Assembly: GCA_965224045.1 (NCBI GenBank)
Contig: CBDCYD010000016.1
Coordinates: forward strand, 980,017 to 1,044,016
Source: Hyphomicrobiaceae bacterium
GTDB lineage: Bacteria; Pseudomonadota; Alphaproteobacteria; Rhizobiales; Hyphomicrobiaceae
Direction: 5' to 3'
DNA length: 64,000 nt
Part shown: piece by piece, positions 19,345 to 28,324 of the stretch
How the letters are laid out: every line of letters starts with the position of its first letter
Position numbering within the stretch: position 1 is the first letter of the stretch
Notes under the pieces: generated by a model
The model's database searches: none
What the model was told of the DNA's origin: nothing
The model's input: only the letters and a program-made list of their open reading frames with translations
Position numbers and translations under genes: made by a program

Positions 19345-20223
19345 ATGGTTGGTTGGATCAGAGCCAAACCGAAATCTGCGGCACGCGGCACTTTGGGGTC
19401 AGCACTGGTCCTGATGACGGTGCTGCTTCCGGGTGCGCCGGTTGCAGCGGCGGCGGGTGCCAAACTGGCGCCGCATCGCGCTGTCTACGATATGACACTG
19501 GAGCGGGCCGCATCGGGGTCAGGCGTGGTGCAGCTCACGGGCCGGATGGTCTATGAGATTCGCGGCGATGCCTGCCGTGGCTACACGCAAAACATGCGCT
19601 TCGTCACGCGATCGATCGATCGCACGGGCAAGACGTCGATCAACGACCTCAGGTCACGATTTTGGGAAGACGCCGAGGGCAACAACTTTCGTTTCGATAC
19701 CGACCAATACCGCAACGACAGGCTTTCGGATGAAACCTCCGGCAAAGTGCGTCGCAGCAAGGACAGCGACGGCATTACCGTGCGGCTCGCCAAACCGCGG
19801 CGCAAGCGCTTCAAGGTTGCGCGCAAAGTCCTGTTTCCGGTTCAACACACAGTTGAAATTCTGGCTGCCGCCCGCGCGGGCAAGACCGTCTTTACGTCCG
19901 ATCTCTACGATGGCTCTGAGAAGGGTGCAAAGATCTACACCACCACGGCCGTGTTTGGCAGCGAGGAGGCCGCCGGCAGCGGCCGGGCGCTGGACCGGGT
20001 CAAGAATGCCGAGGTGTTGGACGGGCTTTCGGCATGGCCGGTGTCACTGGGCTACTTCGAAAACAAGACGGGGCGGGCCGACGCACTGCCGAGTTACGAG
20101 CTGAGCTTCCTGTTCTACGAGAACGGGATCTCACGCCGGCTGTTGATCGACTATGGGAATGTCGCAATCCGCGGCAAGCTGACCAGGCTCGAACTTCTCA
20201 AGCAGGGCGATTGCAACAAGTAG
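19345..20223 (+). CDS. Periplasmic DUF1849 protein (EipB-like cell-envelope integrity protein)
   Basis: Signal peptide, about 290 aa, AVYDMTL...GRMVYEIRGDACRGYTQ N-terminal block, and a second Cys near the C-terminus (KQGDCNK). This matches the conserved Cys pair described for Brucella EipB. Confidence 0.55.
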   Translation: MVGWIRAKPKSAARGTLGSALVLMTVLLPGAPVAAAAGAKLAPHRAVYDMTLERAASGSGVVQLTGRMVYEIRGDACRGYTQNMRFVTRSIDRTGKTSINDLRSRFWEDAEGNNFRFDTDQYRNDRLSDETSGKVRRSKDSDGITVRLAKPRRKRFKVARKVLFPVQHTVEILAAARAGKTVFTSDLYDGSEKGAKIYTTTAVFGSEEAAGSGRALDRVKNAEVLDGLSAWPVSLGYFENKTGRADALPSYELSFLFYENGISRRLLIDYGNVAIRGKLTRLELLKQGDCNK

Positions 20224-20307
20224 TGTCGACGACGTGGTCCGCACGCAACGGTGCCGCGGTGATCGGACGGGGGTGAGCTGACGGGGGTTAGCGGACGGGC
20301 GGCAACG

Positions 20308-21228
20308 CTACTTGCCATACGTGTAGAGGCGCGCTGCGCCACGCACGCCGCTGGCGTCGCCCCATCTCGGCGGCCGGACGTCGACGGAGCGGTCGTCGGC
20401 AAATATGTAGGGCGCGATGCATGCCGGCAGTTCGCGATAGAGGTGATCGAGGCCGGACAGGCCGCCGCCGAGCACGATGACTTCCGGATCGACCATGTTG
20501 ACGACATGGGCAAGGCCACGCGCCAGGCGTGAGAGGTGGCGCTCCATGGTTGCCGTTGCGGCGTCGTCGCCCTGTTGCGCCCTTTTGGCGATGCTTTGCG
20601 TCGTCAGGCGCTCGCCAGTGCGGCGGGTGTGGTCGGCGGCGATGGCCGGTCCCGATAGCCACGTCTCGAGGCAGCCTTGGCGGCCGCACCAGCAGCGTGG
20701 GCCTGGTCGTTCTTCGCCGCTCGGCCATGGCAGCGGGTTGTGGCCCCATTCGCCGCCGATGTTGCGCGAGCCGTTGACCAACGTGTCTGCAATCAACAGG
20801 CCGCCACCGCAGCCGGTCCCGAGGATGACACCAAAGGCGGAGCCGGCACCACGGGCGGCACCGTCATAAGCCTCGGAAAGGATGAAGCAGTTGGCGTCGT
20901 TGGCGCATTTTACGGTGCGGGAAAGGCGCGCTTCGAGGTCGGCCTGAAACGGACGGGCGTTCAGCCAGGTCGAATTGGCGTTCTGGACGGTGCCGCTGCC
21001 AGGTGCGAGGGAGCCCGGCATGCCGACGCCGACGGTGAAGTCCAGCGGCGCCGTCGCCGTCAGTTCATCGACCATCCGGGCAATCGCGTCGAGCGTCGCG
21101 GTGTAGTTTTCGCGTGGTGTTGCAACGCGGCGTTGCGCGATGATCGCGTCATTGGCATCAAGTGCGATGCCGGCGATTTTGGTGCCGCCGAGATCGATGC
21201 CGACCCGCAAACGCGCATGTCGCCCCAT
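20308..21228 (-). CDS. ROK-family sugar kinase (N-acetylglucosamine/fructose kinase-like)
   Basis: Glycine-rich ATP-binding N-terminus ([13 protein letters not shown]) and the ROK zinc motif [15 protein letters not shown]. Confidence 0.82.
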   Translation of the reverse strand: MGRHARLRVGIDLGGTKIAGIALDANDAIIAQRRVATPRENYTATLDAIARMVDELTATAPLDFTVGVGMPGSLAPGSGTVQNANSTWLNARPFQADLEARLSRTVKCANDANCFILSEAYDGAARGAGSAFGVILGTGCGGGLLIADTLVNGSRNIGGEWGHNPLPWPSGEERPGPRCWCGRQGCLETWLSGPAIAADHTRRTGERLTTQSIAKRAQQGDDAATATMERHLSRLARGLAHVVNMVDPEVIVLGGGLSGLDHLYRELPACIAPYIFADDRSVDVRPPRWGDASGVRGAARLYTYGK

Positions 21229-21266
21229 TGCTGTGATCCTTCGGTTGCCGACGTGACGGTGTCGTT

Positions 21267-21566
21267 TCAGGTGTCAGTCCGGCCGTGCCGGGCCAGAGCA
21301 CGTTCGGCGTGCGCGATGGCATCCGGCTCGATGGCGGCATTGGCGCAAAACATCAGCAAAGCCGATTCGTCGTGCATCACCGCATCGAGGCAGGCATGCA
21401 GGACGTCGTGGTCGGTCGCACGTTGGTGCAGATCATCGAGAGAGATACCGCTTGATTCGATGAAAGTCTGCAGGCGAGCGGGCTCGCCGGCGATAAAGGC
21501 AAGAACCTGGAGGGCGAGAATTTCGGCGGTTTCGATGCCGGTATGGTTAAGTTTGTCTTTGGCCAT
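21267..21566 (-). CDS. DUF3572-like small protein
   Basis: 99-aa ORF starting at MAKDKLNH. The sequence ([33 protein letters not shown]) resembles DUF3572. It is divergent from divK. Confidence 0.5.
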   Translation of the reverse strand: MAKDKLNHTGIETAEILALQVLAFIAGEPARLQTFIESSGISLDDLHQRATDHDVLHACLDAVMHDESALLMFCANAAIEPDAIAHAERALARHGRTDT

Positions 21567-21723
21567 GTTCGAATTCCGTACCGCGGCGGTTATAGCGGGC
21601 AGACTTAAGGTGTTGGTTACTGCTGTTGTTGCAGAGTGTGACTCTGTCATGTGGGGCGAATCAGGGCATGAACAAGCGGTTTTCAGAGGCATGCTGCTTA
21701 TGACCTATCAACAGCGAGCCGCG

Positions 21724-22128
21724 ATGACCGGGGATGCGCCATCAACGACTTCCGCCAAAGGCAAGTCGGTGCTGATTGTTGAGGACAACGAACTCAACAT
21801 GAAGCTCTTCCACGATCTGCTCGATGCGCACGGTTACGCGACCATCCAGACGCGAAGCGGCTTTGAAGCCATGGATCTGGCCCGCGCCCACCGACCGTCA
21901 CTCATTCTCATGGATATTCAACTGCCCGAGGTGTCGGGGCTGGAAGTAACGAAGTGGCTGAAGGACGATGAGGAACTGCGTGACATACCGGTGATCGCGG
22001 TGACGGCGTTCGCCATGAAGGGTGATGAGGAGAGGATCCGGGAAGGTGGTTGTGAGGCGTATCTCTCCAAGCCCATTTCGGTTGTCGGGTTCATCGATAC
22101 GGTGCGTCAGTTCATCGGCCAAGCCTAG
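21724..22128 (+). CDS. divK: Single-domain response regulator DivK
   Basis: [19 protein letters not shown]...[21 protein letters not shown]...[28 protein letters not shown] is nearly colinear with Caulobacter DivK. The start is ambiguous (21691, 21700 or 21724). The 483-aa ORF in the track is an artefactual 5' extension. Confidence 0.88.
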   Translation: MTGDAPSTTSAKGKSVLIVEDNELNMKLFHDLLDAHGYATIQTRSGFEAMDLARAHRPSLILMDIQLPEVSGLEVTKWLKDDEELRDIPVIAVTAFAMKGDEERIREGGCEAYLSKPISVVGFIDTVRQFIGQA

Positions 22129-22167
22129 CCGGGCAAAAGCCGCAGTACAGGGAAGTGAAGGTGCGCA

Positions 22168-23538
22168 ATGACCGCGCGTGTGTTGGTAGTCGATGATATC
22201 CTGGCAAACGTGAAGCTGCTCGAGGCGCGCTTGCAGGCGGAGTACTTCGAGGTGCTGACCGCGTTCAACGGCCAGGAAGCGCTCAACGTGTGTGCGGGCG
22301 AGCGGGTCGACGTCATCCTTCTCGATGTGATGATGCCGGGTATGGACGGGTTTGAGGTTTGTCGCAAGCTCAAGGAAGATCCGGCAACACAGGACATTCC
22401 CGTCATCATGGTGACGGCGCTCGACCAGACATCGGACAAGCTTCAGGGTCTGGATGCCGGCGCCGACGACTTTTTGACGAAGCCGGTGGACGACATTGCG
22501 CTGATTACGCGCGTGAAAAACCTTGCCCGCCTCAAAACGCTCAACGATGAAATGCGCATGCGGGCCTCCACCAACAGTCAGTTCGGCCTTGGTGAGCGCG
22601 CCAGCATCGAGGCGGCGATCCAGCGCGATCAGGGTCGCATCTTGATTGTCGAAGACCAACAAAGGAGCGCCGAGCGGCTGTGCGCGAGCCTGATGCCGGC
22701 CCATGCAGCGGCCGCCGAGACCGATCTCAGCACGGCGCTCTTTGCACTCACTGAAAACGAATTTGACGTTGTCATTGTCAGCCTCAGCATTCAGGAGGCC
22801 GATAGTCTCAGGCTGTGCAGCCAGATCCGATCGCTGGAGCGGATACGTCATTTGCCGATCATCATTCTTGTTGAGCCGGGAGATGAGGCGCGGCTGTTGC
22901 GCGGGCTCGACATGGGCGTCAACGACTACCTGATGCGTCCGATCGACCAGAACGAACTGCTGGCGCGGGTTCGCACGCAGATCAAGCGCAAGCGCTACTC
23001 GGACTTTCTTCGCAATCGTCTCGAGCAAAGTGTCGAGCTGGCGATCACGGATGCGCTGACCGGCCTGCACAACCGCCGTTACATGGAAGCGCATCTGCAG
23101 GGGCTGGTGCGCAATGCCATTGATAGCGATCGGCCATTGTCGCTGCTTGTTGCGGATGTCGATCACTTCAAGCGGATCAACGATACCTACGGTCACGATG
23201 TCGGCGATGTCGTGTTGAAGGAATTCGCGGAGCGGTTTCGCCAGAATACGCGTGGTGTCGATCTCGCCTGCCGGCTCGGTGGCGAAGAGTTCTTGCTGGT
23301 GATGCCGGACGTCGATCTGCCGGCGGCATACCAGATCGCCGAGCGCCTGCGGTCACAGATCGCCGAGCGACCGTTCTTTGCCTCTGCGCAACTGATGGTC
23401 CCGATCACGGCGAGCGTCGGACTTTCGGCCATCGAGAGCGAAAATGATACGCCGGAATCCCTCTTCAAGCGGGCTGACAATGCCCTTTATGCAGCGAAAC
23501 GAGACGGACGAAATCGGGTCGCCGCTGCTGCGGCATAA
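22168..23538 (+). CDS. pleD: Response regulator / diguanylate cyclase PleD (REC-REC-GGDEF)
   Basis: Two receiver domains (VILLDVMMPGMDG) and a GGDEF domain with a GGEEF active site. An RxxD I-site (RGVD) lies 5 residues upstream. It is immediately downstream of divK. Confidence 0.92.
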   Translation: MTARVLVVDDILANVKLLEARLQAEYFEVLTAFNGQEALNVCAGERVDVILLDVMMPGMDGFEVCRKLKEDPATQDIPVIMVTALDQTSDKLQGLDAGADDFLTKPVDDIALITRVKNLARLKTLNDEMRMRASTNSQFGLGERASIEAAIQRDQGRILIVEDQQRSAERLCASLMPAHAAAAETDLSTALFALTENEFDVVIVSLSIQEADSLRLCSQIRSLERIRHLPIIILVEPGDEARLLRGLDMGVNDYLMRPIDQNELLARVRTQIKRKRYSDFLRNRLEQSVELAITDALTGLHNRRYMEAHLQGLVRNAIDSDRPLSLLVADVDHFKRINDTYGHDVGDVVLKEFAERFRQNTRGVDLACRLGGEEFLLVMPDVDLPAAYQIAERLRSQIAERPFFASAQLMVPITASVGLSAIESENDTPESLFKRADNALYAAKRDGRNRVAAAAA

Positions 23539-24264
23539 TGTCTTGCGATTTGATTAACGCTTTCAGCCTCTTGACTCCGTTTCCCGGTCTATTCCCGGCC
23601 GATATGAGGATTAGTGTCGGGTGGCCCGCGGCGCTGAAAGATTTCGACACGCGGCGTGATGGGGGCTCAGGTCGAATCGGAGCCTGTTGGCCTTGTCAAG
23701 ACTAAATATGTCTGTCAAACTTTGTTCATTGGTGTGAGCCCTGAGACGGGTTCGCGACCGGACGATGCGATCGCTGAGGTCCGGTATAGATCGTGCTTAA
23801 GGTGTTGTCAGGTCCGCCGCATCTCCTGATAGGCCTCAGCACGGAGCTGAGCGGGTGGCCGCCTCGCATTCGCGGGAAGATGCCGCAACGCACAGCAACC
23901 AGGCGCGACGGTCAACGCCCTCTTTGGCTTAGCGTTTGGTGTTTTGGTCAGGAAGCGTGGCAGGCGTGGAACATTTTACCCCGCTACTGCGTCGGCTGCG
24001 TTTCCTGGCCGATTGGCTGCCGGTTCGGCAACGTCAATCCTGATCCCCTTCGTCAACATGTGTTACCGAGAGCGCCTTCGTGGGCACCGTGGCCGGTCCT
24101 GGTGCGTGATCTGGGAAAGCCGTGCCACGCGCGATTGATCGGAGGCGTGCGCGTTTCGGATCAACCGGCTATTCCGCCTCCCGGCGCAAGCGTTCAAATG
24201 CGCCGCACACCTTTGCCGGGGGGCACGGGCGCCTGGCGTCAATCCGCAACGATACGCCGCGGTG

Positions 24265-24432
24265 CTACTTGATCTTGGCTTCTTTGAATTCGACGTGCTT
24301 GCGCGCGACCGGGTCATACTTGCGGAATGACAACTTTTCGGTGGTGTTGCGCGGATTTTTCTTCGTCACGTAGTAAAATCCAGTCCCTGCAGTCGACAGC
24401 AGTTTGACCTTTTGAATGACCGGCTTTGCCAT
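24265..24432 (-). CDS. rpmG: 50S ribosomal protein L33
   Basis: The 55-aa product [55 protein letters not shown] is a canonical L33. Confidence 0.95.
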   Translation of the reverse strand: MAKPVIQKVKLLSTAGTGFYYVTKKNPRNTTEKLSFRKYDPVARKHVEFKEAKIK

Positions 24433-24604
24433 TGTCAGTTCGCTCCAGCGGCGCCCAGGTTTCAAGGTGAGAATTGGCCGGACTGTACTCTCGATCGGCA
24501 TCCTGTCAAGGCGCGATGGAATTCGGGCGGCGATTTGGCCGGCCGGGCCGGTGCAGTGCGGACGGACTGAACTGCGCGATACGTCCGTGCGGTCGGCAGG
24601 GGCA

Positions 24605-25333
24605 TCAGCGGACATCGATCAGTTCGCGCAAAAATGTGCCGCGACGCTGGTGATAGTAGGGCACGGCCTTGCGGGAGGGGCCCAGCGGGCCGGCCTTGAG
24701 GTGGTCGCTCAGGTCTTCCAGGACAACGCGCGTGATCGGCGGTAGGTCAAGTTGGGCGCATTCTTCAAAGCTATACCAGCCGATATCACTCAGTTCCTCA
24801 TCGCGCTTGCCGGTATCGAGGCCGATATGGCGGGCGGGGATCGAGAAAAAACGGGTGTCGTAGCGGCGTGGCCGGCCGGGCGGTGTGATGGCCCGGGCGA
24901 AAAAGCAAAGCTTTGAGAGCGAGGGCAGAAATCCGTGATCGTAGAAGCTCTGCCAGCCGGGCTGGGCGCTTGAGGCACCAGACTTGGCCGCTTCACCAAT
25001 GATGATGCCTGTTTCCTCGAATACTTCGCGGATGCCTGCCAAGGCGATACCGCGGGCCCGGGCCGTGCTCGGGTGGCCCTTCATGTCGTGGAGAAGCTTG
25101 CGCGTCTCGTCGTCGGTCAGTTCGTCGGCGCTGGTTACGTCCTTGTCCGTCGGATCGACACGACCGCCTGGAAAGACGAATTTTCCGGGCATGAAGACCT
25201 GATCCATGCGGCGCTTACCCATGAGGACGCGGGCTTCCTCCTCCGTGTCGTCGACAATGATGAGGGTTGCAGCATCACGTGGACGCTGGGCTGTGGGTGG
25301 GCGCGCTGCGGCGTCTGGTTTGGTGTCGCTCAC
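24605..25333 (-). CDS. NUDIX hydrolase
   Basis: Nudix box elements PGGRVD...[11 protein letters not shown]. The GTG start at 25333 was chosen to avoid overlap with the upstream DUF983 gene; the start is uncertain. Confidence 0.7.
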   Translation of the reverse strand: MSDTKPDAAARPPTAQRPRDAATLIIVDDTEEEARVLMGKRRMDQVFMPGKFVFPGGRVDPTDKDVTSADELTDDETRKLLHDMKGHPSTARARGIALAGIREVFEETGIIIGEAAKSGASSAQPGWQSFYDHGFLPSLSKLCFFARAITPPGRPRRYDTRFFSIPARHIGLDTGKRDEELSDIGWYSFEECAQLDLPPITRVVLEDLSDHLKAGPLGPSRKAVPYYHQRRGTFLRELIDVR

Positions 25334-25371
25334 GGTCGTTCTCGTTCGGCGTTGATTGGCGCTCCACGGGC

Positions 25372-25836
25372 TCAATCGCCGGTGCGCTGCTCGGGCGAAT
25401 GCGGGCTCTGTTCGCTTTCGAAGCCGTGCATGCGCAGCGCCCATTGCAGTGCGACCAGTGCGCCCTTTGCCCGTGGCAGGAACAAGAGCGACAGCAATAG
25501 CGTCAGCGGCACCCAAATTGCGGCATGCACCCAGGCTTCGGGGGCGTAGGCCTGCTCCAGGGCGAGGACGCCGGCAACGATGACGTGTCCGACCACGAAG
25601 ATCGTGAAATAGGGCGGGGCATCGTCGGCGCGGTGGTGATGTAGCGCCGTATGACAGATTTTGCAGGCGTGCGTGACCTTGAGGTAGCGCTCAAACATGC
25701 GTCCGACGCCGCAGGCGGGGCAGCGCTGGGCGAAGCCTCGCGTGACGGCATTGGAGACCGAGCGCTTGCCGTCTTCGGCGGTCGGTTCGCGCGTCCGTCG
25801 GGTGGTGACATGAATGCTCATGGCGGCATTGGCCAT
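25372..25836 (-). CDS. DUF983 membrane protein (zinc-ribbon plus 2 TM)
   Basis: CPACG...CKIC cysteine pairs, followed by DDAPPYFTIFVVGHVIV and a second hydrophobic helix. Confidence 0.65.
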   Translation of the reverse strand: MANAAMSIHVTTRRTREPTAEDGKRSVSNAVTRGFAQRCPACGVGRMFERYLKVTHACKICHTALHHHRADDAPPYFTIFVVGHVIVAGVLALEQAYAPEAWVHAAIWVPLTLLLSLLFLPRAKGALVALQWALRMHGFESEQSPHSPEQRTGD

Positions 25837-25991
25837 TGTGGCCCGTCATCCGTCAAGGGTGGAAATGGCCGCGCCGAGCGGGCCGGTTCGGCAGCCGTTA
25901 CGGGGGCCTCGGCGGTCGGCCGGGCAGGTGAGCATGCGCTGCCATCGCGCCAGCGGGCCGGTGATGCGCCTCCGCTTGTGGCGGAAATGAT

Positions 25992-28277
25992 CTACCGCCG
26001 GCGGCCACGGTGGCGTTTGGTCCCGCGCCAGCCCTTTGCAAGGGAGACGTGGCCGCGCTTACCTGTGCTCATCATCTCAAAGCGCAACGCGCCGGCTGTC
26101 GGCAGGGCTTCGGCGAGGCGCACCTCGACTTCATCGCCAAGGCGAAAGGCGAGGCCGGTGCGATCGCCGACCAGGGCGTGCTGGCTTTCGACGAAATGGT
26201 AGTAGTCGTCGTGCAGCGTACCAACCGGTACGAAGCCATCGGCACCGGTTTCGGCAAGGCGCACGAACAGGCCCGAGGTGGTGACGCCTGAAATGCGGGC
26301 GGTGAATTCGGCGCCGACACGGTCGGCAAGATGGCCGGCGATCAAGCGGTCGGCGGTGTCTCGCTCGGCGGCCATGGCGCGGCGCTCTGTCTGCGAAATA
26401 TGTTCGCAAACCTCCCCGAGGGTGCCGGCTGTCTCGTCGGTGAGGCCGTCGTTGCCAAGCTTCAAGGCGCTGATCAGGGCGCGGTGGACGATGAGGTCGG
26501 CGTAGCGGCGAATTGGCGACGTGAAATGCGCATAGCGGCGCAGGTTGAGGCCGAAGTGGCCGTAGTTTTCCGGCGTGTATTCGGCCTGGGCCTGTGCGCG
26601 CAGCACGACCTCGCTGACGAGGTCTGAAACCGGAAGATTGCGCGTGGTGCGCAGAATGCGGTTGAAGTTTTCCGGGCGCAACGTGGCCTGAGCAGGGATT
26701 TTCAGGCCAAGCGTTGCCAGGAATTCGCGAAGGGCGGCCAGTTTTTCCTTCGAGGGCTGGTCGTGGGCGCGGTAGACGAGCGGGCTGCGCCGGCGTTCCA
26801 GCGTTTCAGCAGCGGCAACGTTGGCCTGGATCATGAACTCCTCGATGAGCCTGTGGGCATCGAGGCGCTCGGGGACGACGACGCGGTCGAGTTGGCCTTC
26901 GGCGTTCAGGATGAGGCGGCGCTCGGGCAAATCAAGGTCGAGCGGTGCACGGCGCGTGCGGGCCGCGGCCAGTGCCTGATAGGCGTGCCAGAGCGGTACC
27001 AGGGTGGCCTCGTAGACGGGTTGGGCTTTGGCGCCGGGCTTGCCGTCAAAGGCTGCCTGGGCGTCCTCGTAACTCAGTTTTGCAGCAGAGCGCATGAGGC
27101 CGCGCTTGAACGTGTGACGGCGCTTGCTGCCGCTGCGGTCGAAAACAATCTCGACGGCCATACAGGGGCGGTCTTCGGCTTCGCGCAGCGAGCAAAGGTC
27201 GTTGGAAATGGCTTCCGGCAGCATCGGCACGACCCGGTCCGGGAAATAGACCGAGTTGCCGCGCTTTTGCGCTTCACGGTCGAGCCGGGTGCCGGCCCGC
27301 ACGTAATGGGCGACGTCGGCGATCGCGATCGTCACGATCCAGCCGCCGTCGTTGGCTGGATCGCTATCGGGAGCGGCATGGACCGCATCGTCGTGGTCGC
27401 GCGCATCCGCAGGATCGATCGTGAGCAGAGGTATCTCACGCAGATCCGTTCTTGCATCCGGATCGAGCTTCGGCAACGCATCGAGTTCGTCGAGGGCGGC
27501 GTCCGGGAACTCATCGGGTATGCCGTGTTCGTGGACGGCGATCAGGCTGGTCTGGCGCTGGTCGGAGGGATTGCCGAGGGACTCGACGACGCGCGCCTGC
27601 GGGGTCGTGCCACGGCCCCTTCGCGTGATGTCGAAGCGCACGAGGTCGCCGTCCTCTGCATCGCCGTCATCGCCGGCCTGGACGGGCCAGTCCCTGGTGT
27701 TTCGGCGATTGATCGGTGCGATCGTTCCGCCGCCGCGCACGTGGCGGTGAAAGATGCCGAGGAGGCGGCGGTGCTCGCGCGGCAGACGCTTGATGACGTC
27801 GCCTTCATAGGCAACGGCGTCGGCGCTGTCGGTGCGTTCTGAGATGCGCGCAAGCACGCGGTCGCCAATTCCGGGCGCACGATCGCGGTGCCTCGTGCGG
27901 CCGGCATTGGTGGTCGGGGTCGTCGGCAGCAAGACGCGCGGGCGCGGGCCTTCAGCCGTGTCCCAAACGAGCGGTTCGCCGAGGAGTTCGCCGTCATCAT
28001 CGAAGCCGGTGACCTCGAGCACGGTGACCGGCGGCAGTCTGCCGGGGCGTCTGAATTGGCGGCGATTGCCGACGAGCAGGCCTTCCTCGGCCATTTCAGC
28101 AAGCAGCGCCTTCAGGGCCCGGCGGTCGGCACCCTTGATCGCGAAGGCACGCGCGATATCGCGCTTGCCGGCGTTTTCGCCGGCGGTTGCGAGATAGGCG
28201 AGGATGTCTTCGCGGCTCGGGAGTTGGCCGCCCGATTGCGGCGCCTTGCGTGAGTTGCGGCTAGGGCGTTTCGCCAC
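25992..28277 (-). CDS. rnr: Ribonuclease R
   Basis: RNB catalytic domain (IDPADARDHDDAV), an S1 domain near the C-terminus and a basic tail. GTG start. Its position next to topA is typical for alphaproteobacteria. Confidence 0.92.
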   Translation of the reverse strand: MAKRPSRNSRKAPQSGGQLPSREDILAYLATAGENAGKRDIARAFAIKGADRRALKALLAEMAEEGLLVGNRRQFRRPGRLPPVTVLEVTGFDDDGELLGEPLVWDTAEGPRPRVLLPTTPTTNAGRTRHRDRAPGIGDRVLARISERTDSADAVAYEGDVIKRLPREHRRLLGIFHRHVRGGGTIAPINRRNTRDWPVQAGDDGDAEDGDLVRFDITRRGRGTTPQARVVESLGNPSDQRQTSLIAVHEHGIPDEFPDAALDELDALPKLDPDARTDLREIPLLTIDPADARDHDDAVHAAPDSDPANDGGWIVTIAIADVAHYVRAGTRLDREAQKRGNSVYFPDRVVPMLPEAISNDLCSLREAEDRPCMAVEIVFDRSGSKRRHTFKRGLMRSAAKLSYEDAQAAFDGKPGAKAQPVYEATLVPLWHAYQALAAARTRRAPLDLDLPERRLILNAEGQLDRVVVPERLDAHRLIEEFMIQANVAAAETLERRRSPLVYRAHDQPSKEKLAALREFLATLGLKIPAQATLRPENFNRILRTTRNLPVSDLVSEVVLRAQAQAEYTPENYGHFGLNLRRYAHFTSPIRRYADLIVHRALISALKLGNDGLTDETAGTLGEVCEHISQTERRAMAAERDTADRLIAGHLADRVGAEFTARISGVTTSGLFVRLAETGADGFVPVGTLHDDYYHFVESQHALVGDRTGLAFRLGDEVEVRLAEALPTAGALRFEMMSTGKRGHVSLAKGWRGTKRHRGRRR

Positions 28278-28324
28278 GACTGGCGGATCCTTTCAATTGA
28301 TGCCGCCGGACATTGGGCGGTGGA

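Noticed and set aside
20677-21723. Long 5' extension of the divK ORF (483 aa in the track)
   Set aside because: The extension runs antisense through the ROK kinase and DUF3572 genes and has no protein-like features. Homology to DivK begins only near 21750.
23805-23830. Possible SRP (4.5S) RNA fragment (GTCAGGTCCG)
   Set aside because: Only about 10 nt resemble the conserved SRP helix 8 region, and the GGAAGGAAGCAGC core and the complementary strand are absent.
24160-24190. Possible fourth REP-like element (ATTCCGCCTCCCGGCGC)
   Set aside because: Only the ATTCCGCC arm matches. There is no partner arm and no long GC-rich stem, so the match is too short to call.
23793-24272. 159-aa ORF in the pleD-rpmG gap
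   Set aside because: It has a GTG start, a Trp/Arg/Pro/Cys-rich sequence, no RBS and no motif. It is treated as non-coding.
26763-27842. 359-aa plus-strand ORF
   Set aside because: It is antisense to rnr, a shadow ORF.
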